Origin: Alphaproteobacteria bacterium
GTDB taxonomy: Bacteria > Pseudomonadota > Alphaproteobacteria > 16-39-46 > JAJRRM01
DNA length: 64,000 nucleotides
Reading direction: 5' to 3'
Assembly: GCA_024279475.1 (NCBI GenBank)
Contig: JAJRRM010000016.1
Coordinates: 627-64,626, forward strand
Shown: one piece after another, positions 10,086-19,314 of the stretch
Layout: each line of letters begins with the position of its first letter
How positions within the stretch are numbered: position 1 is the first letter of the stretch
Made by a program: the position numbers and the translations under genes
The notes under the pieces: model-generated
What the model was told of the DNA's origin: nothing
The model's database searches: none
The model's input: the letters and a program-made list of their open reading frames with translations, nothing else

Positions 10086-12578
10086 TTATCCTATCGTTAC
10101 TAAAAGTCCATCTAAAGAAAGCGTCCCTGTTGCATTAACTGTACAAGCTGCTCCTGCTTCTATGGATATTTCTCCACTTGCATTTGCAGTAATGCTAGTC
10201 GTTGCTTTTAGAGAAATATCCGTTCCAGCATCAGCACTAATACCCATCGTTGAGGAGAGAGAAATACTCTCACTAGCATTAACTTTAACATCTTCACCAG
10301 CAGACATACTTATGCCTTCAGTCGCAACAATCTTAGTATCTGTGCCTGTATTAACTGAAAGAGACTCCCCCACCTTAATACTACATTCTTCAGTTACTTC
10401 TATACTACAGCTTGTTCCTGCTGTAACATTAACATTTTTATCTGCTTCCATTACAATACCCTTGCCTGCTTTCATGCTAATTTGTCCATCAACATTTATA
10501 GAAAGATTTCCTCCCACAGTTAGCGAATAATCCTTAGTAATTTCATGAGTTAGTTTCCCTTTAATGTTTTTTGTCTCATTACCCTCTAATAACTTTATAT
10601 CTACATTACCTTTATCTATTTTAATTTTATGATCACCTGTCTCTATTTCAAGCAAGTCATCTCCCTCAAGTATATGCACAGAACAATTTCCACGTACTAT
10701 TTCAATAAGATGATTTCCTGTTCCTTCTCCTTCTGCCTGAAGATATATAAACCGTGATCCACGGTTTATAACAAGAGTATCATTCCCTGAAGATTGTTGA
10801 CTACCACTCTTTCCTGCAGAACTAGCTTTTTCAGCTTGTTTTTTAGCCTCTTCTAAACCTGTTTTTTCTTGCTCTCGTGCTTTACTCTCTATAGATTTTT
10901 CACTATCTACTTCTTTTTGTGATTCAGCGTTTTCGCTGTTTCCTGAAGAACTTTCATCTCCTTCACTCACAGTAGAAGAGTTTTCTTCAGAAGTTTCCCC
11001 TTGAACTAAAACTGTTCTATTTCCCTTCTTAACAGTATAAATCTCATCCCCTTCTTGAACAAGCTGAGTAAAAGCATTTAGAACTTCAATATTCATGTCC
11101 CTCTGGGCATGCATGAAGATTTCTTCGCTATCTTTCTTATCATTAAAACGAAGTTCATTAAACCCCTTGCCACCTTTTGATGTATTAGACTTAATTGTAG
11201 ACATAGTTGGCATGTCTGGTAAATATGGCGGCATATGATCACCGTTATAAACACTTCCTGTAATAAGGGGGCAGTCAGGATCTCCATTTAAAAAAGAAAC
11301 AACAACCTCCTGATTGCATCTTGGCATAAAAAGCATGCCCCAATTTTTTCCTGCCCATCCTTGTGCTACACGAATCCAACAGGAAGATTTTTCATCTTCG
11401 CAACTACTTGGATCCCAATGAAATTTAACCTTCACTCGACCATATTTATCTACCCAAATTTCTTCCCCTTTTTTACCTGTAACAATAGCTGTTTGCGCTC
11501 CAAAAATTTTAGGCTTTTCTGTTTTTTGAGAAGGATGATAGTTTATATCTGCAGAAAAAGCATCAAATTCATTATAGTATACATACTTATCCTCTTCTGG
11601 ATTTAACTCTATATGGTGATACACTCTTTGTAGAACGTACTCTTTATTAAAATCTGAATTAGGGTGATTTTCTAACTTAAATTTATGACCAGCTGAAAAA
11701 TCAGATACAGTAGAAGCTCCTTGCATAAGTTTACTCACTTGATCTAAGGTTCCTAACCTAAGTTTAGCTAAACTTTCACCTTCTGCGTATTTTTTATACC
11801 CACCTGGGTATTTTGAAATAGAGCCCCCTTTTGCTGTATCTTTTTCCTTATGCACTTTTAATTTTGATCTAGGTTGCTCAAAATTATAGTCATTCAATTC
11901 TGCTTCTTTTGGGGTAAACTGCTCCGAAAATGAGCAGCCATAAATCACATTATAGATAGGTGAGGTCGACTCTGTACGCACCAAAGATACACTTTGTGTA
12001 TTTTTACAATCTGCATAAGCACTCTTACTATCCCCAGCAACCATTTCATGTTTGCTCTCAGAAAACTCAAAAAAATAATAAATGCCTGCATTTTCCAATA
12101 ATCTTGATACAAAATTGAATAGACTTTCATCATATTGAACACAATAAAGTTTTGAAGCACTCCCACACTCGTTACTTTTGTTTTTAAACTGAACATTATT
12201 TTTATTCAACACTTTCTTAACAATATCATTGATACTTTTTTCTTGATAAATTTGAAAACCATTAGTGAACTTCAATTTCCAAAAATCTGGAAAAATTTTC
12301 GCTGTGTAAATAGTAGGGGTTTTCTTTTTATTTGATGCTTTTTGCTGCAAGAAAGTATAGCTATCTCCTTGTGAAACCTGACCTACAACACCATTAAAAT
12401 ATCTTTTCTTCTTGTTAATTTTAACTGTTATTGTTACGGTCTCTCCCACTAGTTCATTTAAGTTAAGACTAGAATCATACGCATACATTTCCAACTGAAA
12501 TTCAAACGGCTTTGATATAGCCTCATATCCTTCAAGTTTAGTAATAATGAGCTTATCATCACCCCAAGGTGATGTCAT
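10086..12578 (-). CDS. vgrG: Type VI secretion spike protein VgrG (TssI)
   Basis: 830 aa. The N-terminal half is gp27-like. The gp5 OB-fold block is GWAGKNWGMLFMPRCNQEVVVSFLNGDPDCPLITGSVYNG, followed by FNELRFNDKKDSEEIFMHAQRD. The C-terminal region is a repetitive beta-helix (VxVxAGxx-type repeats, residues about 600-830). Confidence 0.9.
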   Translation of the reverse strand: MTSPWGDDKLIITKLEGYEAISKPFEFQLEMYAYDSSLNLNELVGETVTITVKINKKKRYFNGVVGQVSQGDSYTFLQQKASNKKKTPTIYTAKIFPDFWKLKFTNGFQIYQEKSINDIVKKVLNKNNVQFKNKSNECGSASKLYCVQYDESLFNFVSRLLENAGIYYFFEFSESKHEMVAGDSKSAYADCKNTQSVSLVRTESTSPIYNVIYGCSFSEQFTPKEAELNDYNFEQPRSKLKVHKEKDTAKGGSISKYPGGYKKYAEGESLAKLRLGTLDQVSKLMQGASTVSDFSAGHKFKLENHPNSDFNKEYVLQRVYHHIELNPEEDKYVYYNEFDAFSADINYHPSQKTEKPKIFGAQTAIVTGKKGEEIWVDKYGRVKVKFHWDPSSCEDEKSSCWIRVAQGWAGKNWGMLFMPRCNQEVVVSFLNGDPDCPLITGSVYNGDHMPPYLPDMPTMSTIKSNTSKGGKGFNELRFNDKKDSEEIFMHAQRDMNIEVLNAFTQLVQEGDEIYTVKKGNRTVLVQGETSEENSSTVSEGDESSSGNSENAESQKEVDSEKSIESKAREQEKTGLEEAKKQAEKASSAGKSGSQQSSGNDTLVINRGSRFIYLQAEGEGTGNHLIEIVRGNCSVHILEGDDLLEIETGDHKIKIDKGNVDIKLLEGNETKNIKGKLTHEITKDYSLTVGGNLSINVDGQISMKAGKGIVMEADKNVNVTAGTSCSIEVTEECSIKVGESLSVNTGTDTKIVATEGISMSAGEDVKVNASESISLSSTMGISADAGTDISLKATTSITANASGEISIEAGAACTVNATGTLSLDGLLVTIG

Positions 12579-12703
12579 AGAGATAAAAACATTTTTTTCT
12601 GTTTTTAAAACCGTTTGTGTGTCTGAAATAATGACTCTCCTCTTTTTATTTTTATATACTCATAGTAGGCAAAATAGAAAGGATATCAACTATTGTTTTT
12701 CTT

Positions 12704-13756
12704 TTAATATGCTAACTTTTTACAGTTCACTTGCACTTGTTTATCATCTTCCTTAAATGGTTTAGCATGCATCCATGTAGTATATCCAAGACAAAACTTA
12801 CTTCCTAATTTTACCTTTGGCACGGTTTTTTTATTAATAATAAATTTTACCCTTATATTGCATAGATCCCCTATATACATATATATCAAATCACAAAATG
12901 AATTATATCTACCACCTGAGGGTAAAAAAGTTAGAAAAGTTTTATAATCTACAGCCCCTAAATGTATATTCATCCCCGCATTTTGGTCCCATACCTTTGT
13001 ACCCAGCACAACTGTCTTTCCCAATGTATTAAATATATTCTTTGTAGAAGATAAGCGGCTCCACTCAGAATCTTGAGCCTGCACCCACTCACCACAAAAT
13101 TGCTCAACAACTATAGGAATTTTAAAATACATACTCAAAATCTTTTTTAAACCATATGCCGAATGTGCACTTGTCCAAAAATATGAAGAATATCCCAAAA
13201 GAGCTCTATCAGAAACATCTAATCTGTTCTTAAATGAACTTATGTCCTGATAAATACCTGATATAGAAGAGAGCACCTTGCCAAACATAGTGTTTTCTAA
13301 GTTAGTGCTAGCTAGTTCAACTCGAAATTTTTTATGTATTCGGTAAAGTAAGCTTGAAAACCGATGATTAAATATATCTAAAAAATCTTTAGTAGCTGTA
13401 TCTTCCCAGCGATTTTGCTGATAAAAGCGATAAGCATATGGCGTAGGAAGTGGTTTTGAAATACCAGCCAACCCTAAAAAATTAATAGACAACTGTGGCT
13501 TGCCCTCCATAGGCACTGTCCTATTAGCTGGTAGAAAACTGTGTAAATCTGCCGTAGCAAAAGAAAAACTAATTCGGCTACAAATACGCAATGCCTCTTT
13601 TGAAGGGTCGCTTCCCTCCCCTAAAGAAACACAACCAGGTGTGAAACTCTCTATAAGCCTCACCACCTGATGAAAATCAAAAGTATAAACTTCTTCAAAT
13701 AGCTGATCCCTTAAGCTATTTGTACGCTCCCTTCTAGAGCCGGCCACTGCACACAT
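12704..13756 (-). CDS. tssG: Type VI secretion baseplate protein TssG (ImpH/VasB family)
   Basis: 350 aa with the N-terminal signature FDFHQVVRLIE. It lies directly after tssF, and its ATG overlaps the tssF 3' end by 46 nt. Confidence 0.85.
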   Translation of the reverse strand: MCAVAGSRRERTNSLRDQLFEEVYTFDFHQVVRLIESFTPGCVSLGEGSDPSKEALRICSRISFSFATADLHSFLPANRTVPMEGKPQLSINFLGLAGISKPLPTPYAYRFYQQNRWEDTATKDFLDIFNHRFSSLLYRIHKKFRVELASTNLENTMFGKVLSSISGIYQDISSFKNRLDVSDRALLGYSSYFWTSAHSAYGLKKILSMYFKIPIVVEQFCGEWVQAQDSEWSRLSSTKNIFNTLGKTVVLGTKVWDQNAGMNIHLGAVDYKTFLTFLPSGGRYNSFCDLIYMYIGDLCNIRVKFIINKKTVPKVKLGSKFCLGYTTWMHAKPFKEDDKQVQVNCKKLAY

Positions 13757-15540
13757 ATCTCATCTGTTCCTCGTTTTTTTACACTAAGTTGCACAAATGT
13801 ATTAAACCCTACATATAATTTAAAGAAATGCTGCAAAACCGCCGTCATTAGAAATGGATTGTATTCTTCTGAGTAATTATCTTGAACAATGATCTCCACA
13901 CCTTGTCCTTTAACAAACCCACGCCAAGCATCTTGACCAAACCTGCGAACTACAGGGAATGTACGCATAGATAGCATTGTATCTATGTAAGGAGACATTT
14001 CAAAACCTGAAAGTTGCGTGTGTACTAATAGCATTTCTTTTAAAGCATTTAAAGATTTTGGGTCACTAGAAAAAGAAAGCTTATTTAAGGCCATTTGAGT
14101 AATTAATTTCCAGCCATAAGCACCCTCGTTTTCTGGGTATATAGGCATCGTAGGTGCATCTAAACATACTATATCTCCTAATGAAGCCATTTCTTCAATA
14201 TTCAAAAGCGTATTACCTATAATTTGTGCAGCTAACTCCCTATTTGTACATAGAGTATCTACATAAACCGTCTCTGTTCCTAAAGTAGCCGGCTTAAGAT
14301 CGAGAGTTACAAAACCAAGCTGAACTCTCGTCCCAGGCATATTCAATACATTAGATGATGTACGACGGGAAGTCCAAAAAAGTTTTTGATTGTTTTGTAT
14401 TTCCTTATCTGAAAAAAAGAAATATGGAGCATGATAGGATGTATTCCCTGTATCTGGGTCAAAGCTATGCACAGAAAGAATAGTATGCACCTCTTGTGTC
14501 ATTTCATCTCGAATATTGCTAATAAGCGGATATTCACTCTGACGATGATTTAAAGAAATAGGTTCCGCTAAAGTCTTAAAAATATTAACTATTGGCGTGC
14601 AACCATATAAAACGTTTCCTTTATCTACACTAAACCCCTGTGATAAACTTTCCGCATTAATACCAATTAACAGATCAACTGTTTCCTCTTTTGCAAAAGA
14701 AGTGAAATCCAAACCATTTACATCAAAAAAGAAGTACTTAGATGGAAAGCTAAAAAATTCCTGAATCAAGCGATATGCATCATGCAGTAATTCTGTTGTA
14801 GGTAATACAGATTCTTCTGTTTTAAACCCCACCATTCCCAAAGAAGATTGCGGCAGAATAATTGGCTGCATTGAGGTATCCTTTGCCAGAGCAATTAGCT
14901 GACTAGAACGAAACAAAGCCTCCAATAATACCTGCCTTTTATCCATACTCCCCTGAATGTAAAAGCGTAAGGTATTCATATTCAGACTGCCAAATGGCAG
15001 CGACAATGATTTCAAACGAATGCGTAAAATTTTTGAGGAAATTTGATCGATTTGTGTTGGGCTAAAAGTATATGCACTAGATGGCAAAATAGACACATCA
15101 TCAATAACAATAGGCCATAGATCCATAGCATAACAAGTCTGAAACCGACACGTAACCCCTCCTTCTGCCTGAGTAAAAAGAGAGGTTTCTTTTGGTATTT
15201 TTTTTGCTGTTGTAGTAGAACTAGCCAACTCTGGACTTACTTGGAATTGCGCCACGGACATAGATGGTATAGGAGAAACGTACTGCGGATAAAGAACACT
15301 AAGTAAAGATGTTGTGATGCGTGGAAATTCATCCTCAATTTCACGGTTTAATTTACTTGATACATAAGCAAAACTTTCCACTAATCGTGCAACATGGGGA
15401 TCTGTTATATTATCACTAGTGAGTTCTAATCGTCGTGCCACCTTAGGATACTGCTGTGCAAATAAGGTAGACATATACTTAATATATTCCATTTCCTGTT
15501 GGAAATATTCAAGATCTTGATTTATTTTACTTAGAGTCAT
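13711..15540 (-). CDS. tssF: Type VI secretion baseplate protein TssF (ImpG/VasA family)
   Basis: 609 aa. The N-terminus YFQQEMEYIKYMSTLFAQQYPKVARRL...DPHVARLVESFAYV is typical of TssF, and the length is canonical. Confidence 0.9.
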   Translation of the reverse strand: MTLSKINQDLEYFQQEMEYIKYMSTLFAQQYPKVARRLELTSDNITDPHVARLVESFAYVSSKLNREIEDEFPRITTSLLSVLYPQYVSPIPSMSVAQFQVSPELASSTTTAKKIPKETSLFTQAEGGVTCRFQTCYAMDLWPIVIDDVSILPSSAYTFSPTQIDQISSKILRIRLKSLSLPFGSLNMNTLRFYIQGSMDKRQVLLEALFRSSQLIALAKDTSMQPIILPQSSLGMVGFKTEESVLPTTELLHDAYRLIQEFFSFPSKYFFFDVNGLDFTSFAKEETVDLLIGINAESLSQGFSVDKGNVLYGCTPIVNIFKTLAEPISLNHRQSEYPLISNIRDEMTQEVHTILSVHSFDPDTGNTSYHAPYFFFSDKEIQNNQKLFWTSRRTSSNVLNMPGTRVQLGFVTLDLKPATLGTETVYVDTLCTNRELAAQIIGNTLLNIEEMASLGDIVCLDAPTMPIYPENEGAYGWKLITQMALNKLSFSSDPKSLNALKEMLLVHTQLSGFEMSPYIDTMLSMRTFPVVRRFGQDAWRGFVKGQGVEIIVQDNYSEEYNPFLMTAVLQHFFKLYVGFNTFVQLSVKKRGTDEICVQWPALEGSVQIA

Positions 15541-15839
15541 TGTTCTATTCGACTATTTTTTCTTCTTATATAAAAGTAGTATACTAGAGTTTATAAAATA
15601 AAACAAAGGTTGAAGGTACCGTTTATACAGATTTATGTCAGAGTAATCTAAACATATAAATAATTAGGCTCTCCACTCTTGAAAAATATGCTTATTAAAA
15701 CTGCCTTCGCGATATCTATATTTAATCAATACTCTATAGGCTATTATAGAGGTCTATATTTTTTACCCCAATTGTCCTCTTTCTGAGAATTGAAAAATAT
15801 GATACTAAATGGTATTCATAGTCTACAAGAAGAGGCCAC

Positions 15840-18638
15840 ATGTCTACTACGTCCAAAGAAAAAATTTACCTCATTGATGGCTCTGGATATATCTTCCGAG
15901 CATATCATGCTCTGCCACCACTTTTACGCCCTGACGGCACACCAGTGGGAGCTGTGTATGGCTTTACAAATATGCTCTTTCGCCTATGGAAAACAATAAA
16001 AAACCATCCTTTACTTGTCGTTTTTGATGCTTCACGCTCTACATTTCGCCAAGATATTTACCCAGAATATAAAGCAAACCGAGGAGAAACACCAGAAGAT
16101 CTTATCCCTCAGTTCTCTATCATCAGAGAAGCTTGCAACGCCTTTGGCCTTCCTTATGTGGAGGATAAAAGATTTGAAGCAGATGATCTCATTGCTAGTT
16201 ATGCCAAAGCGTATACTAATATAGATAAAAATGTAGTTATTATCTCCTCTGATAAAGACCTTATGCAGTTAGTAAGTAAGACTGTTTCTATGTATGATCC
16301 TATGAAAAATAAGCCTATTACTCCTAGTGAAGTAGTAGAGAAATTTGGTGTTCCCCCATCAAAGGTAATTGATGTTCAGGCCTTGGCTGGAGACAGTGCA
16401 GACAATATCCCTGGAGTTCCAGGAATTGGTGTTAAAACGGCGGCTTTACTAATCCATGAGTTTGGAAGCTTAGAAGCACTCTTAGACCAAGCTCATACAA
16501 TTCCTCAAACAAAACGCCGTGAAAAGCTTATGAGTAATAGAGAATCTGCAGAAATTTCTAAGAGGCTTGTTACTTTATGTGATACAGTTCCTCTCCCTAT
16601 AAACATCAATGAGCTGCTTCCTATTGAAGACCTTCTAACAGAAAGAGCACAAAAATTTTTGCAAAAACAAAATTTCACAACCCTTATTAAAAGATTTGGC
16701 TTTGAAGAAAAAAAAGATTCTATTAAATCAACACCTCTTTTATCTAACAAAACTAGTAACTCTCTAGAAAAAATAACCGTAGATTCTCTTGCGGATGTTT
16801 CTCAAAAAAGCATAAAATTTGATGTAGAAATCATTATTTCTAAGCAGAAATTAGAGTTGTGGGGAAAAGATATTCACTATGCTGGGCAGGTAGCTATAGA
16901 TACAGAAACTACTGGCCTTGACACTCAAAAAGCAGAACTTGTAGGTATTTCTCTATCCATTCCTGGAAAAAATAAAGCAGCTTATATTCCTCTTCTGCAT
17001 AAAATAGATCTATTGGATAAATCCGCCCATAATCAATTACCTTTAGATCAAGTTCAATCTGTTCTCGCTCCTATTTTTTGTAACCCCAGTATTTTGAAAA
17101 TTGCCCATAATGTTAAGTATGATCAGCATATTTTAGCTCGTCATAAACTGAAAATTATAGGCTATACAGATACGATGCTTATGTCTTATCTTGCTAGTGG
17201 AAATACGCTTAGCAATAGCCTCGACTCCTTAGCAAAGCGTTATTTTAACTATACTATGGCAAGTTTTAAAGACCTAACAAAAAATGGTCGAAAACAAAAA
17301 ACATTTGATGAGGTGCCCATCAACCAAGCTGCGTTTTATGCCGCTGAAGATGCTTTTATTACATCTCAATTATTTCTCATATTGTTACCTATGCTGCCTA
17401 CATATAAAGCAACCTCTATCTATGAAAAGCTAGAGCGCCCCCTGATTGACGTACTCTTTACTATGGAAAAAACAGGTATTCTACTAGATATAAAACACTT
17501 ACAAAATGTGCACCAAGAGCTAGATAAACAAACAAAAGTTCTTGAATCAAGAATTTTTGAAACTGCAACAGTGACTTTTAATCTTGCATCTCCCCAGCAA
17601 CTAAGCCAAGTTCTTTTTGAAACACTCTCTATCACACCTGTGGGGAAAAGAGGCAAGTCTGGTTCTTATAAAACTAATGCTGAAGTTCTAGAAATACTCA
17701 GCACTCAGGGGCATACAATTGCCGATAACATTCTTCGTTGGCGGCAACTAGTAAAACTCCAAAGCACCTATACTTATGCTCTTATAGATCAAGTAAATCC
17801 AAAAACAAAACGCGTACATACATCCTATGGTATGGTCACTACCTCAACCGGACGTATTTCTTCCTCTAATCCCAACCTGCAGAATATTCCTATTCGCACA
17901 AAAGAAGGGAGACTTATTCGCCAAGCATTCATTTCTCCTAAAGGGTCTTCCCTTCTCTCTTTTGACTACTCCCAAATTGAACTTCGCTTGCTAGCACATG
18001 TAGCCAATATAGAACCTCTCATTGAAGCATTTAAAAATGGCTTAGACATTCATGCAAAAACTGCTTCTGAAGTGCTGAACTTGCCTTTAGATCAAATTAG
18101 CTCTGATATTCGCCGGCAAGCTAAAGCCATTAATTTTGGTATTATTTATGGTATTAGCGCATTTGGTTTAGGCAAACAGCTAGGAATTCCTGCTAAAGAT
18201 GCACAATTCTACATGGACGCCTACTTCAAAGCATACCCTGGCATTCAGGCTTATATGCATAAAACAATATCAACAGCTCAAAACCAAGAGTTTGTTACAA
18301 CACTCTTTGGTCGTCGATGCTATACACCTGATATTAATAACAAAAATCAAAGAATTAAAAAAATGGCCGAACGGCAAGCTATAAATGCTCCACTGCAAGG
18401 TACAGCAGCTGATATTATAAAAAAGGCAATGATTCAGATTCATGAGAACCTAGCTTCATCTGACATACCCGCGAAGATGCTTCTTCAAGTCCATGATGAA
18501 CTCATTTTTGAGGTAAGAAAAGAAAATGAAAAAGAACTTATTTCTTTAGTAAAACCTATTATGGAAAAAGTGATCTCACTAAAAACACCCCTTATTGTAG
18601 ACTACGGGATTGGCCCCACCTGGGATGATTGCCATTAA
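15840..18638 (+). CDS. polA: DNA polymerase I
   Basis: 932 aa. Motifs are YLIDGSGYIFRAYHALP (5'-3' exonuclease), AIDTETTGLD (3'-5' exonuclease), DYSQIELRLLAH (motif A), RRQAKAINFGIIYG (motif B) and LLQVHDELIFE (motif C). Confidence 0.95.
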   Translation: MSTTSKEKIYLIDGSGYIFRAYHALPPLLRPDGTPVGAVYGFTNMLFRLWKTIKNHPLLVVFDASRSTFRQDIYPEYKANRGETPEDLIPQFSIIREACNAFGLPYVEDKRFEADDLIASYAKAYTNIDKNVVIISSDKDLMQLVSKTVSMYDPMKNKPITPSEVVEKFGVPPSKVIDVQALAGDSADNIPGVPGIGVKTAALLIHEFGSLEALLDQAHTIPQTKRREKLMSNRESAEISKRLVTLCDTVPLPININELLPIEDLLTERAQKFLQKQNFTTLIKRFGFEEKKDSIKSTPLLSNKTSNSLEKITVDSLADVSQKSIKFDVEIIISKQKLELWGKDIHYAGQVAIDTETTGLDTQKAELVGISLSIPGKNKAAYIPLLHKIDLLDKSAHNQLPLDQVQSVLAPIFCNPSILKIAHNVKYDQHILARHKLKIIGYTDTMLMSYLASGNTLSNSLDSLAKRYFNYTMASFKDLTKNGRKQKTFDEVPINQAAFYAAEDAFITSQLFLILLPMLPTYKATSIYEKLERPLIDVLFTMEKTGILLDIKHLQNVHQELDKQTKVLESRIFETATVTFNLASPQQLSQVLFETLSITPVGKRGKSGSYKTNAEVLEILSTQGHTIADNILRWRQLVKLQSTYTYALIDQVNPKTKRVHTSYGMVTTSTGRISSSNPNLQNIPIRTKEGRLIRQAFISPKGSSLLSFDYSQIELRLLAHVANIEPLIEAFKNGLDIHAKTASEVLNLPLDQISSDIRRQAKAINFGIIYGISAFGLGKQLGIPAKDAQFYMDAYFKAYPGIQAYMHKTISTAQNQEFVTTLFGRRCYTPDINNKNQRIKKMAERQAINAPLQGTAADIIKKAMIQIHENLASSDIPAKMLLQVHDELIFEVRKENEKELISLVKPIMEKVISLKTPLIVDYGIGPTWDDCH

Positions 18639-18962
18639 ATACTCTCCTTCTTTTTTCTCATCTAATTTTATAATTTAAAATAATTCTAAATTAGCTCTAT
18701 ACGCGTGTTTGGTGTAACTATCCCACCTATTTCAGAAATTAATCCTCTTATTTTTATACCCTGAAAAATTTACCTTATAACTCTCTACTATAGGTATTTA
18801 TACTTATTTAATATAATAAAAAAATCTAGAAATAGCTTCCTTAGAAAACTCGCACTTTCCGATGAGTATCTGTGCAAAATCTGCTGTAATTGAAAATAGG
18901 GTTTCTGGAGGGGGAAAAATTTAATCACTTGTAGGAATCTAAAAATATAGATGAATGTCCCT

Positions 18963-19163
18963 CTAAGCAATAATATCAGGAAGAAGCTGACTCTCCACCT
19001 TACTAATTTGCTCTTTTATTTTAAGTTTTTCTTTTTTCATCCGTTGAATTCTAATAAGATCAGGTAACGTTCCACGCAAAAGATCATTGATTTTATCATC
19101 TATGTCTTTGTGTTCCATCTGCAATTTTGCAAGTTTATATTTTAGATTATGAAGCTCTGGCAT
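18963..19163 (-). CDS. DUF465 (YdcH-like) small coiled-coil protein
   Basis: 66 aa. The pattern LAKLQMEHKDIDDKINDL...IRIQRMKKEKLKIKEQISKVESQL matches the DUF465 pattern common in alphaproteobacteria. Confidence 0.6.
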   Translation of the reverse strand: MPELHNLKYKLAKLQMEHKDIDDKINDLLRGTLPDLIRIQRMKKEKLKIKEQISKVESQLLPDIIA

Positions 19164-19314
19164 TCACTACCTATATCTACTTTATTTATCCTTTTCACAA
19201 CTATTTTTCCATTCAAAATATGTTTACTATGCTATATTGGGGCGATGGATGCAAACTTTCATTAAAAAAATAAAATATTTCTTCTTCACTACTAATTAGG
19301 ACTTCTAAAAAACT

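Noticed and set aside
10063-10530. 155-aa plus-strand ORF
   Set aside because: It lies entirely antisense to the repetitive beta-helix region of vgrG. Its Ser/Pro/Leu/Val-rich, repeat-mirroring composition is what the reverse strand of a GxxVxV repeat gives, and the sense-strand gene has strong family motifs.
9392-15540. The T6SS segment as a recently acquired genomic island
   Set aside because: There is no flanking tRNA, integrase, direct repeats or compositional break visible by eye (not computed). The flanks are core genes. Foreign origin cannot be supported from this window.
15790-15999. 69-aa ORF overlapping the polA start
   Set aside because: It is in a different frame overlapping the conserved polA 5'-nuclease N-terminus and shows no independent signal.
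18639-18962. 324-bp spacer after polA (with the tracked 60-aa ORF 18788-18970) and the 269-bp spacer at 20407-20675, scanned for tRNA, tmRNA, SRP RNA or other structured RNA
   Set aside because: I found no cloverleaf-like stems, conserved SRP or tmRNA motifs, or extended helices by eye. The 60-aa ORF has noncoding-like composition. A covariance-model scan would be needed to exclude small RNAs.
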